NCBI RefSeq assembly: GCF_002571385.2
Contig: NW_019217816.1
Coordinates: 253,061-317,060, forward strand
Origin: Stylophora pistillata
Taxonomy: Eukaryota
Direction: 5' to 3'
DNA: 64,000 bases
Position numbers and translations under genes: made by a program. A model generated the notes under the pieces. It saw only the letters and a program-made list of their open reading frames with translations, had not been told where the DNA came from and made no database searches. This document shows, one piece after another, positions 25,801 through 38,269 of this stretch (within the stretch, counting starts at the first letter, position 1; each line of letters starts with the position of its first letter).

Positions 25801-28800
25801 ATCTGATCTTTGAGTGAGTCCGCCGAAACTCTCCCTTTCACGTGATAACAACATGAAGTAAATCAACATTCCGTCTATCGGTATTTTTAACCCAGTAAGA
25901 GCCTTTACGCTACAAGTTTTTAATAAATTCCCTCAAGAGCATGACAAATTAATGACGCACAATAATTTCATTGTCTAAAATGAGAGAGTTCGAGGAACAC
26001 TTAAGTTTTTTAATTACTAAACATGCCGCAAGTAGGTCATCAAAAAAAAAAAAAAGAACCCTCGCTATCACGTTAGGCTTAATATGCTTTTTTGAAGTAG
26101 AAAAAAGACTGCAACAACGATTAATTCTTCTAACGTTGTTTTCTTAAACATGTTTAAGTCCATTAAAATGATTATGTGTTTTCTGTATACCTCCCGGGAG
26201 AGTGAAAGCGTGTGTGGTAATTTTGACTTAAGATGACCCTAAGTAAAAGCTTTGAGGAAGTTATCTGGACATTTTCAGAAACATTCAGAAACAAAATGTT
26301 TTCTGTTATCGGCATCTCTCATCGAGACTATGGTAATGCCGGATGTTCGTATAAGTGCTATTCCCTACTCCATGTATCATTTAGTTTTGCTTGACAGAAT
26401 TAATTCTCCGTCACGGATAGGCGGCTTCTTTTAGCCGGCTAACAGTAGGCAAATAACTGGTTACCTCACGATATTTCGTGTCTTTTCTAGGGCGAGAAAA
26501 ATGATCTTTTTTGGGTAGGAAACCACGCATTATCAGACTGGAAAAATAGAAAAACCACAAAGGGAAGAAGACACTAAAAACCGGAAAGCAGCGAAGACGG
26601 TTAATGCGATGGAACAGATCGCCACAAATAAAGACTTTATGGGTTACCTAAGGATATCGAATTCATGTTAGACAAGTCAAGCAACTAGTTTTACTAGACT
26701 TCAGAGTCGCTTTTTCTTTCACTTCACACAGACCTTAGCAGAACAGTCACCACCGATGAAAGAACACGAGAAGGGTACATTAAAACTAAATTTTAAAACA
26801 AGTAGCGGGGGTTTGGTAAATCATGACACTGCAAATTTAATTTAGCCTCCCATGCTCAAAACACCCCTACTGGTAAGCTAATAATTTTGAAGAATTGAAT
26901 GTCATTTTTTATTTAAAAAAATAATCGCGTCTTTCCGGTTGAAGAGAAGATAGCGGAGTGCTCTTGACTCCCGGATGCTTATAGTTTTTCAGATTATAAA
27001 GATGAGGCCACCTTTAGTGAAACTATAGCTCCATCCTGCCTAAGAGTTATCAATCTTATTTTTATTTCTTTCACGTGCGATCAGACTAGAGCATGGAAAA
27101 AAAAAAAAAAAAAAACATTAAACGTAAGCCAGCGGAAGTGAGATCACGCGATCAGGCGTTCTCTCTTTTTTCTCTCACGCCGACATTTCCCTCCTGGGGC
27201 TTAGCGCCCCCACCGGAAAAGAACGCCCGATGGCATGTTGCACACCAGTCGCTTAACCTAAGGATAAATCGATAGATCTCTACCTGAAGCATGATAAATT
27301 TCGCACTAGGAAAGTTATAAACGCATCCTCTAGAATGATGGGAATCTGTTTAGTGTCCTCATTCAGGAGTACATCTGGATTAAGTAAATCTAATGTGATC
27401 TAGCTTACTATAAAATTGCGTGTGATTACCCTTCATTAGTTGACAAAAAAAATAGACCTTGATAAACACTTTTGAACACGATTTTATTCTCCTATCAGAC
27501 AATATCAGAGCCTTAATGGGGAAGAATTCCCTGTAGCATGGTTATTTTGCAAGATGACTGACACTAATACATGACAACAGTACATAGATACTTTGTTCAA
27601 TGCACTCAAATTAGAAAGGCCTTTTTTAGGAAAACAAGACAAGAAATGGAACATGAACGCAAAGGTTTACTCAATAAAAACTAATAATAACGTGTAAAGA
27701 CTATTATTAGGACCTAGATGTCTATCACAGCAGAAATGATACTATTATATTTTCAAAGAAGAATTCCCACAAAGGCTCTCTTGAACCAGAGCTCCTGGAA
27801 CACGATGACTCCTTATGTTTTTCGAACCACAACAAACCAGGTAAAACAGTGATGGGTTCCATCATTTCAGAATAAATCGAAGACAATTCGAATTCTATAT
27901 GATCATGTGAGACATCGCCACGTTACTTTTAAACTTTGCATAAAAAAAAAAAAACATAGAATAAGTCCCAATAAAAAGGCGCAGAGATTTAAAATCTTAA
28001 ATTGGTAATTTAATGCCTATCGGCTTTCTTTCATTTTTATTAATAGTTAAAAATAGCCGTAAGCTGCTAATTTCTCTTGAAAATAGAAGAATTGTAATAA
28101 TGTGAGAAAAGAATAGGTGAAAATCATGAATTGATAGCCTGTCAGATGCCTAACGCCTCTTGAAATTTGTCGGCAACTTGAAGATTTAGCTTTGATGTCC
28201 AAGTCAGTCTTTCCTTTTGTCAAACGCGTTAATCTTCTCTCTTCTGTTTGGTTTATCATTTTTGCCTGATTAAATCATGGATTAGCGAAACAACGTTTTG
28301 CTTTTTTTTCCGAGTTCAAACTGTATTGATGGTAATTTTGTCAGCCTGAGAAAAAGCTTATTAATATCGCAACATAATGAGATCAATGAAATTCGAATTC
28401 TTAGTACAGAATATTCCAAAACAACTTAAGGTTTGAGTTTGATCACACAAATCTATCAACTATAAACTTTTACTGTCTTACAAAATGCCTGCGAAGCTTT
28501 TTTTTCTACAGCAAGGCACTCGTTAAAACCCTATAAAGTTATTCCGTAAAAAAATACATTAAAACGATTTTATGAAATCAAAGAGAATAGTGCGAAATGA
28601 TTTTTATTGAAACAGGGATGAGAAGGTTATGGAACTGTTCGATCTAGGTACAGTGGACGAAGAAACCCTGTTACTAAATTCGATTTATTTTTCAATTGTT
28701 TTATTTAATTTCGAAACGAGCTTGGAAAAGATTTTTCAAATACTGTATAACAAATCGGAAAATTGTCAAAAAACAATCTAAGGGAATTACTTGTGATGAT

Positions 28801-31800
28801 ACATTGTAGAAAAACTGCCAGCGGAAATAGTCGTTACTCAGCCTACAGAGGCTTCAAGCTTAGAACAGACATTCATTCGGCGAGTATTCAAAGGTGTTGA
28901 TATTTGACATTTCTAAGTCCGGATACTCAGTCAATAGTAGTAATAACCTCAGCCATAACAGCCTTATTCAACAACCCAATATCACTCAGTAGAAAAGTGC
29001 TTCAACTGGCCCCGATCTCAAGTTTAACCTGTTGACTCCAGTCATTCGGCTCCTAACGCCCTTGGGCAGCAACCCTTAACCTTGTGCGAAACCACTTTTA
29101 GATTAACAAACAATCAGTATGGCCAATACATCCTGACATGTTTAGGAGGAAAGTCTTTCCTGGTAGTAATAGAGGTCAACGGACTTGTTCTTCGCCTCAA
29201 TAACGCGAAACGGCCGTCCTTTTTCAACAACCAGGTCAAACACAACACAAAACGCACAGTGAATCTAGAGGCCTTATCACAATCTCGTAGATTTTAGTGC
29301 GAATGCCCCTTGGTCCGCGAAAGATAACAATCAAAGTATAAGCCAAAATTAACTTAAGCATATGTTAAATCACGTTATGAGGGAGCGGACCAGCTCAAGA
29401 GAACATTCTCACGAGAAATTCAAGTCATTAGATAAGTTTATCCGCCCAGCTTGGCCACAAGATTTCGGTAACCGCAACGAGTTTGATCTACTCACGAAGA
29501 TCTTTTAATTAATACCAAATATATCACTAAGCTCATAAACTAATTAAGATCGGGTAAAAGCAGGGCAAATTTACCCTTATGCTGACAAGAATAGTAATGA
29601 GGTTCGGATAAATTTGATCAATGATAACAGTTTCATGAAACAATTAGATTAAAATACTCCTGATTAGGCGCCAATTTCTCTGCGGTGACGCTTTAGTGTA
29701 ATTCGGTCGTTGTTCTATCTCTTTATATAATTTTAATTCTAGGCGAAAATTTAATTGCTGATATTACTTAAGCAGCTCGAAACCCAGACTCAAACGGCAA
29801 ACAGTGTTAGGAGAATACAGAACAGAACTTTGATTTGCAGTCATTACGGTGAACTAATGGTTAATAGATATATTTCAATGGAAGCTCAGCCTATCAGATT
29901 TGATATTCGCATTAAAGATCACAATTGTACTAGTGGTAAATTTTTACCATTCCAATCAATTCAAATATCCATGGTGTTCCAGTAACTCTACAAGCAAGTT
30001 CATGGGAGACCGGAGGCAATATGAATCGTTTCTGGTTTCCCCTAGTTCCTAAAAAAGGACATCTTTTCCTCTCGAGAAGACGCGATTTCTACAAACTGCC
30101 TTCTGTTAATCCCCTTTAGGGGATTAACGATTTCAAATGTACACTCAAATAAGGAATATTAAATCCCATTGAGCCGCTTCAACAAGTAATGATAAAGGAA
30201 ATCGTTAAACGCCAAAAAAACATCACTAACATTGTCAATCGGACAAAAGGAAGACCAAAGATACATCAAGTGTCGATCATTAAAAACCATTACTCTTCAA
30301 TATACTTCTGGAAAATCTTTAAATTTAGAAATATGAAATAGGCAACCAAATTTGTTTCTGGAGTGAGAGAGAATTTTTCCAGACAAGAATGATGGTGAAC
30401 TAAGCAACTCTCAGGAAATTCAATGTACCACTACAAATCATTAAGAAAAATATTACATTTGGCGAGCCCGTACTTTATATTCAAACCTAAGTTACATGAC
30501 CAAAAAGTTTGATATACAAACTAAAAATAGGTTTGATTTCATTTTTGGTATGTTTCAACGCGTTCTTCATTCAACACATCGTCAATACAATTGCATAATG
30601 AACGGAAACGGGCGAGCGGTCGTCATCTCTCACATCGGGGGTTTTATCAATTGCAGATGTTGTAAATAGATCGAATTTTTTCGGAATACTGAACGTGTTT
30701 TAAAAGAAAATTTTTTTGGCTTGCTGGAAAATACGGCTGTCTTTGACCCTAGAAATAAATGCATGATACGAAGAAGCCACATGGCAAATTGGTACAATTC
30801 AAGCAACGAACTTTTGCATGGTATGTGACCGTAGTATTGAAAAGGTAGTGGCTAATAAAACGCATCCAGTCTTCTGGGAAGATCACCATTTAGTTGTGGC
30901 TGGTTGTTTGTGTACTAAGATGTAAAGTAAGAAAATGTCCCACTCAACCAAAAAAACTAAAGAGCTAAAGAGCGTAAATAGAGTATTTATTAAGACTCCA
31001 TGAAGATAGCCGGGGCCAAACGATTGTTATACATCACACAGTCGAGGTTTTCCAGTAGGCACTCCAAGACTAGAGTATTGTTATCCGGTGCAATCAATTT
31101 CTTTCCCTGACTCTTGATATCGTTACGTGTCAAAATTTTCTTTGGGTGCAACTATAATTACGACGTTTTCGCTACAGCGAGCGTTGTAAGAGAAAATAAT
31201 TAAATCCTGTTTGTCGCTAAAATCCCAACTAATCTTCCTCTATACTGAAATTAATGTAAGAAACAACACGATGATTACGCTAGTTTATTAGGCAACTAGT
31301 CTTGTTAGAGCTCGAAAAAGAGACCAGGTTTATGAAACAAGTTTCTAATGTTACATTTTTTTCAAGTGGCAAGAGAACAGGAAAGACGACGAATATGAGC
31401 CTCACTTTAAACAGATTTGTTATCAAATCGATCCAAGAAAAAATAATGGGCCCCATTATTTTCTTTTGATTGATCTCAACCTATACCTCGAGTTTTTATG
31501 CAAATTTCCTTTCTGTTTCTTCTTCAAGGGTTACTCAGAGGAAAAAAATTGGTCTGCCAAACATCACGTACGTTTACGGTTGTCTTGTGTTTCAAACATG
31601 CAATTCCATGTCTCAGTCATCAAAGCTGTCTGAAAAAATAATGTTTTACGAAAGGAAAGCCGGTGAGTGGAAATAAGTGGACACCTAATTCTTTTCGTCG
31701 TTCATCCAAAAGCCAAACAGCCAGATTGAAAGACTTCTTGCTGTCGATACTTTTCGGTATTTCTAGTTACTACACTGAAAAGACTTTACATTTTTTGTTA

Positions 31801-34800
31801 GGAGAAAATTAGTCTCACGCTTCACGAGAAAAAAAGAAAATGTCATTTGTAACGAAACTTATTTCATTTTCTCCATTACTATTATCATTCTCATCATTAG
31901 GAAACGATGTTATAAATAAGTTTTCAAACTATCATCATATTGAATTTTTGTACCGAAACCCGACTGAACAAATCCGGTTAGGAAATTCTATTCGCGATTC
32001 ATTGTTGTGAGTATGGAATGACAATATATAATAAGGAAACAGATACAAGAAATTTACTGTAATAATTAATTATTTGACTGGTTTTATCTGCCACCGAAAT
32101 TCTACAGCGCAAATGAAAAACAGATATCGGAACAGAGAGAACTTTTCGTACATTCCCGGAAAGTTGGAATTCTTCATCGACAATTGTTATTCTAGACACA
32201 TCAACTTTGTGTTGGTGTCTATACATTTGTAGTCCCGATCATAATTATTCTCTCTGATATAAATTATCTCTGATAATGTTCGGGTTACTTTTATTCATCA
32301 GTTGATAAAGAAATTTATGTACGTTGTAAATTTGCAATGATGGCCAACCTTGGTGAATTCTTCTCAACAATAGCAGATGAATATGGTAACAAATCGCCGA
32401 AAATGTAGGAATTTTTCAGGGCATGAGATTCTTGGAATTGATACGTAAAGTTTTGTATGAGCGTAATTCATTGTTCTCTGGGAACCTAGTGTATAACGAG
32501 TTTGACATGCATGCTCAAATGTACTTGAATGTGAGTCTTTTTGGTTTGCACAACTAAGGAGACGATCGATGTATGGCGCTTGAACTAACATGCAGTCACT
32601 CTTAAGCAGAACAGGATCAAATGCGCATAAAAGGAAAAGACTCCTCATTTGTTTTGAACGTACGCAGGCTGATGGCTTGGAAGGGCACTTTAGAGAACAA
32701 TAAATTTCGCACGCGTGGTCCATAACCCAGATTTTATATCCGAATCTTGCCTCTTTGGCGATGATCTAATACCCTGAGTTGATATCAATTTCCTGTGTAA
32801 CTATGAAAATAGATCTGCTCTCCATTTTCTTTGTATTTCCTCATTAACACTCCACAATTGCATAACAAACGAACCTAGAGAACGCTGTACAAACCTAAAA
32901 TATCTGCAATGTGATATATAAGGCCAACGACTTAACTTCTAAAAATACCAGCCACAAATGACCAACCGAGAAATTTTCTTTTCATTCTGTTAATGGGTTT
33001 TATTTCATCGTGTGAGCATCATCCATTAATTAGGACAGAAAGAATTTTTCAAGATCTTGACGATGTTCCAAAAAATGTCCAAATTTATAATCACCACGCC
33101 CAATGATAATATGCAATATGCCATCTGCAATATTCCATATGCATGACAGATTGCATCGACTTATACAATACATTGGGGTATCAGCAAGTAGATTAATGTT
33201 ACCTAATTTTAAATCCGTAGTATTTTTTTTATTATCTGGAGCCGTTAGACATTTGTCAAGTTAAAAGTTTTCTGCTTACAGCTGAAATCAAACGGAAATG
33301 TTTCCCAAATTCTCCGCTTGTCCTCTTTACTGTATTATTTAACTGGACTAAATATCACTTGACATTTTTTCATTTGAAGGTTTCCGTAATAAAAACGCCG
33401 GATTTGCTTCTCTGGATATTTTCCTTAAAACTATTCTGTTATTCACCCTTCCGTACTACGGCATTTTTCATACCTTCTGTTTTCTTCGTGATTTTACCAG
33501 AAAACTTGTACTAAATATATCTTTTCTACACCATTAAGAATTGCCAAACTGTTGAAACACATCTTGGTCCTTCCATTATCATTTCCTTTGTCTAACTTTA
33601 AATTCTAACAGATTACCGACCTTGAAAGCAAATGGAAAGGTAAATTGTCATTTTCAACAACTTGAGTGGCCGTCCGTCTTAAAATTGTCTGTTGCTTTGG
33701 TGAGAAAACAAAAATGCTAATAAAAGACGCTGACTTATGAACCCCCCTCTTAAACGGCCGTCAGTTCGTCTGTGGAGATTTGTCAAGTAAAGCGAGTATT
33801 TTCGAGATTTTAAAACTCTTGTCAAACAGGGTTATCCTCAAAACGCTTTTGAATTGTCGCATTAAACTTTTAATTCAATTGAACGGAGTTTCTAGTATCA
33901 AAATTTCTGCCCAGCAACATTGCGTGCAGTGTAACTGCTATTTCGAGAACTTGCTTCTATGTAAACGGTTCTCCATTAGGCCGAGAAGCAGATTAAAGTT
34001 TAAAGCGTTTAGCAAAAATAAGATACCATCGGTTCTCAGCCGATAAGAGATTTGACATCCCACGAGGATCAGGCGAAAATCAACACTGAAAAACAAATCG
34101 TTGAAATTCATATAAAAACAAGAAATTTGGTATTTGGAATGATCACTATGGAAAGTCCATATGAAAGAAAATTTTTTCATTAGAATTGAATAGATCCTTA
34201 CAGCGTTTAAAAAGTGAAGACCCTTTGATCGCTAGTATTGAGTAACCCCCACTTGATCTCACACTTAAAGTTGAAGTTGTATATCTCCAGCTTGCACGCC
34301 AACGCGGTCAATACCAGCAAATATTTTCCTGTTAAGAAGTACTATGGAAAGAGACAAAGGAGTGAAGAGCAGAATTTGAAATTTTTCATTCATTATGCAA
34401 TAATAGTCCGCCTTTCTTTCTACCAAACTAACCAATTTCGTGATTTTTCGAATGAATTTCATGTTCCCCGACTAAAAGGCGTTATTTGCAATCAAAACAG
34501 AGACGCGAACGGCTGCCTCCGCTTCCGGCTTATAACCACAAGTAAAAGTTTAAAAACTTTTTAATGAGTCATATCAAACTTCAACTATTGATTTAACTGG
34601 TTGTTTGGAAGACAAAGTGAAGAACTAGAAGGTGTTACATTCATTTTTCGCATATCCGAACCCGCTTTTGTTTAAAAAACAGTTGTCACTTGAAAAGACC
34701 TGTTATCCCAGTTGCGGTTAAGACAAAGTTTGCTTCCTCAGTTCTCTGGTGATGTTATGCTCAAACTATTTCCTGCAGACGTGAGGAGCCCTTAAAATTG

Positions 34801-37653
34801 ATTTTTTCCTGTATATTTATAAAACTGTGGTGCCATTTTTGGAAGGTTATTTTTAAACAGACGTAAAAAACCTTATCTGTTCTACAAACGTTTTCGCGAA
34901 AAAAAAAAACTTAAACACAAACAAACAAGTAATCAGAAAAGATTCTTCAAAACACTATCCACGAATAATGACAACAAAGTGTGCTTTTTTATACCGCTTT
35001 GAGTTAAAAACGGAATACAATAGCAAATTGTTTTCCAAGCATTTTTTTTCACGCGGAAAGGTTTATAGGTGTGTATTAGCAAATTAGACCCTACATCTAT
35101 CGTCGTCTGAAAGTATGTGCCATCGATAAGGTAGGGTGACTCTACAATACTTTTAACCTGATGGAAAAGGGGCCTGATCCAATTTGGGTGATCACAATAA
35201 ATTATACTTCTGATTATGTGATTTGACACGACTGAAAGAAAAATGGACAGTAGATTTTATTATCAACACGTGTATACCAGTTTCATGCGAAAAACACGCG
35301 CTATTTAAGTGAATCGGAGGTGAAAAATTAACAACGCCGAAAAATGGTTAAGTAGGCAAAACGATGAAATTTGCAAAGTTGGAGCCTGGGGTATTATTCC
35401 TTCAGCAATGCTATGGATGTTATTTTTTTCTTTTCAAAATAAAGTAGAGCATTTGAAAACAATTTTAAAGCCGGGGGAATAGGCAATATTAAGCTCTAAA
35501 ATCAACAACGGGCTTCTAAAATTAAAAAGGCAAAACAAAGTTCCTTTGTCAAAATCTCAACTTAGGGAGATAGAGAGCTGTTTCGGAAATTCTTAGCAAA
35601 ACAAAAATAGTTCTGTTGCAAACAAAGTCATTTATATAGCTACACATGGTGAAATCGTCAAGACTGAGTCATTTCATATTTGCAGCTGAAATAGTCTAGT
35701 ACGTTCCATGCTTATTTGACCCTTCAGCTATCCCATTTCACAGCCTAAACCCAGCAAGAGGTCGTGAAATTTATATCTTCGATGTTGACAAAAGGAAATA
35801 CTGGGAAACTCAGCTTTGCAAAAGAACGCTTAAAATCGGGGAAAGCTACCATACATTCCTAGACCCTCCACTCCTCTGTAGTAAAATAATTTATCATAGA
35901 ATAATTGTTGACATGGTTCACACACTTTATATATATATATATATAAACGCATTATCACGAAACACAAGCGTAGTGGGTACATGTCTGTTTAAGAGAGGCC
36001 GGACAGTTATTTTAATTTAATTTTCTACTTTGATGACAAAGAGTGCCCTATCAAGCCAGCTAGACAAAGTGAATTAAAACAGCTATACTTACAGTTTAGT
36101 CAGATTGGGAAACTTTGAAAACATGGAGTCGTAGAGCTCGCTTATCATGTTGTGACTCATATCTCTGAAATGGAGAATATGCACTCGGGATTAGGGAAAT
36201 AAACAAAGTATTTGACGATGTGACAATCTTAAGTGACCGAAGAGTAAATTTATCGCATAGCACAAAAAATAAAACACATTAAGACAGCTGGAATTGCCTC
36301 GCTTGTTATCACGAAGCTTTCAACAGCGTGAGCGCCGGCATTCAGGAACACTACGAGAGTTCTACTTTTCCCGAAGAAATTTCTATCCCTTTCAAGGTCA
36401 AGATAACAAAAAATCCTTGTCTAGCTTTGCTATTTGATAATTTTCAGCGGCGCCTGCAATGTGTAATATATGGCAGACATAGAATCGCTGAAAAGACATA
36501 GCGAAATGTCAAAGGGTACAAAATCAACCAAATAATTATGATCCCGCTTAGGAAAGGCCGACACAATCACATTCTAACATCGCACAGAGGTGCACTTACT
36601 GAGATTCTAGACGAAAACTGCTGCAGAGAGTTGTGTTTATGAATCGACGTATATTTTTTTGATTAATTTATTTTGTATATTCTGGATCGAATTGGTTTTG
36701 GTTAGCTCCTCGTTACTGCGATGTGAACTAGGCTCGACAGGCGCGTTTAAAACCATGGTAAAAATTCAATCATGATTTTAGCTCAAGTGCGTGTTAAAAG
36801 TAATAGTAGCGAACTGATGCGATAACGTTTCATTCCAGGAGATATCTATTCGTTTAAACTTAAACCAAATTTAGATCAAGCCATGTTTCAAATAATATTG
36901 TTCGTTTTGCAAAGCCTTACAGAGGATTCTAACATTTTCTTCAGATGAACCAGCTTTAAATTTCTTTCAATCGTGTTATCCTTTCTTCTCCGTTATCAGC
37001 GTCCCGTTCTAATTTTAGCGGTATCTTCTTTATCCAAACAGTCAAAATTTCTTGGCAGATTCGTAGTTTTGAAAAATCATTTAACTCTTCCTTTCCTACA
37101 TGCTATATAAAGAGATAACTGTACAATTTTTCGATCTCTCGCGAACTCGGTCTGTCGATGCTTCAGGAAAACCATGAAATTATATTCGAATCTAACGGAA
37201 GTGTATATATCGGCCAGCTGGACATTATATTTTCATATCTTACGGCAGGCAGTTGACCTAGAATAGTAAATCAAATTCAGTACGTGATCTTGGGAAGACA
37301 TCTCGCTATTTTTAACCTTCCTTGACACCCTCAAGAGAGAAACATACATGTGACAGCCTTTGAAACAAACATTGCAGATATTACCATAACGGCGCCGGAG
37401 AGAACGACATAACATTTTACTTTATCACTGAAACAAATCAATCGATGAAGGAGCATGCTGTAACTTACAAGGCAGTAACATTGCGAGGAATTTCAGCAGG
37501 AATGGCAGTTAAGTTATTACTTGTACAGTCAACTTCTCCCCGCGCGTTCAGCTCACATACACATGGCCCACAACGGTTTTTCGAATATGACCATCCTTCT
37601 ACGATGCTTAGAAGCGAGAGAAACACCGCCATGGAACGCCATAACACAGCCAT
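13867..37653 (-). CDS. Type B leucine-rich-repeat GPCR (LGR4/5/6 / rickets-like), 20 coding exons, about 1027 aa; in-frame TAA in exon 8 as assembled
   Basis: Exon 1 37653-37469 (signal peptide + LRR-NT). 18 phase-2 single-LRR exons: 36164-36093, 23629-23558, 23425-23357, 23214-23143, 22512-22441, 21737-21666, 21422-21354, 20687-20616, 20250-20176, 19926-19861 (FPNLTGTSSL, LGR4/5/6-type), 19703-19632, 19303-19238, 18869-18801, 18032-17961, 17791-17720, 17401-17333, 17105-17034, 16424-16353. Terminal exon 15490-13867 has the YPYHCC hinge and 7TM (CNLAVAD, ERY, FTDFSCWAP, NSCANPFLY). All introns GT-AG. Confidence 0.92.
18365..18525. mobile_element. Foldback MITE family A, copy 2 (LGR intron)
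   Basis: Inverted, diverged match to 1026-1196 (gcgtgaggtca.tatggctggata...aatatccagcc...aataaagga). Confidence 0.65.
18945..19223. mobile_element. MITE family C copy (LGR intron)
   Basis: gagtgtcgaaag...ccaattagatacaaaaaccaaaccaat...cgtgttttcccgcg...tttacgcaact; homologous to 20892-21186. Confidence 0.65.
20892..21186. mobile_element. MITE family C copy (LGR intron)
   Basis: TIR tagagcaatttgaattgaatgtcgtaa / ttacgacactcaatccaaaactgcacta with TA ends; internal ccaatcag and cgcgttttcccgcg blocks. Confidence 0.75.
28300..29300 (+). pseudogene. Decayed LRR-protein fossil in LGR intron 2 (antisense)
   Basis: Broken-frame peptides LLISQHNEINEI, EKLPAEI, RRVFKGV, NLSHNSL-(23 aa)-DLKFNLL-LGSNP*PC, LTCLGGKSF, LVLRLNN. 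Confidence 0.4.
33060..33940 (+). pseudogene. Decayed LRR-protein fossil in LGR intron 2 (antisense)
   Basis: One frame with stops: NMPSAIFHMHDRLHRL, LSGAVRHLSS*K...NQTEMFPKFS, SFEGFRN, LPYYGIFH, LTLNSNRLPTLKAN...FQQLEWPSVLKLS, RVFSRF*N. Confidence 0.35.
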
Positions 37654-38269
37654 TACTCAAGCTAAACTCAGTGGCTTTGTCGCCCTCGTATATGATCTGC
37701 ATTAGTTCTTACCGCTACTCGATACCCATCAATGTGTCAGGTTTCCTGTGGTCGCACAGTCGCGAATCAACACGATTGAAAAACGCCAATCAAAACAATT
37801 GCTATATTTAGGGTCGAGGGTAAAGATCAAAAGCAGAATTGATCCCTTGGTGAAAATACTCTTCACTCACATATTTTCTATTTAGCCACCTTAACTGTAA
37901 ATAATAAAAAAAAAAACCACGAGATTTGCGCTCAATTAGGGGATCTTTGGAAGATAATTCGATTACAATTCATTACCTAAATTCTAAGGCATGGATGTCG
38001 AAATGATATGACTTGTACCTGGAAATCATTTTTTATTCTTTGTCAAAAATAGCTATTTTATCACTAGGGGGTTGGACTAACCCCACTCTTTGACAATTTC
38101 TGGAATAGCTTTGATGAAAAAAAAGTCAACTCAAAACTCTATCATTCGAGGTTCACAAAGAGTTTCTAACCCTTGTCATTGTCGAACTGTAGATTGGTTG
38201 AATCTCCGATTCACGTCTGAATGATATGCTATATCAGCTAGACAAAAAGTGTCAAACCATATGTCAAAC

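Noticed and set aside
30105-31462. Short palindromes at 30105-30128 and 31440-31462
   Set aside because: 11-bp stems with no context; intrinsic terminators are irrelevant in this eukaryotic setting.
23630-36092. Additional LGR exons in the 12.5-kb intron 2
   Set aside because: No 66-75 nt phase-2 LRR exon was found; the candidate near 33280-33347 contains a stop.
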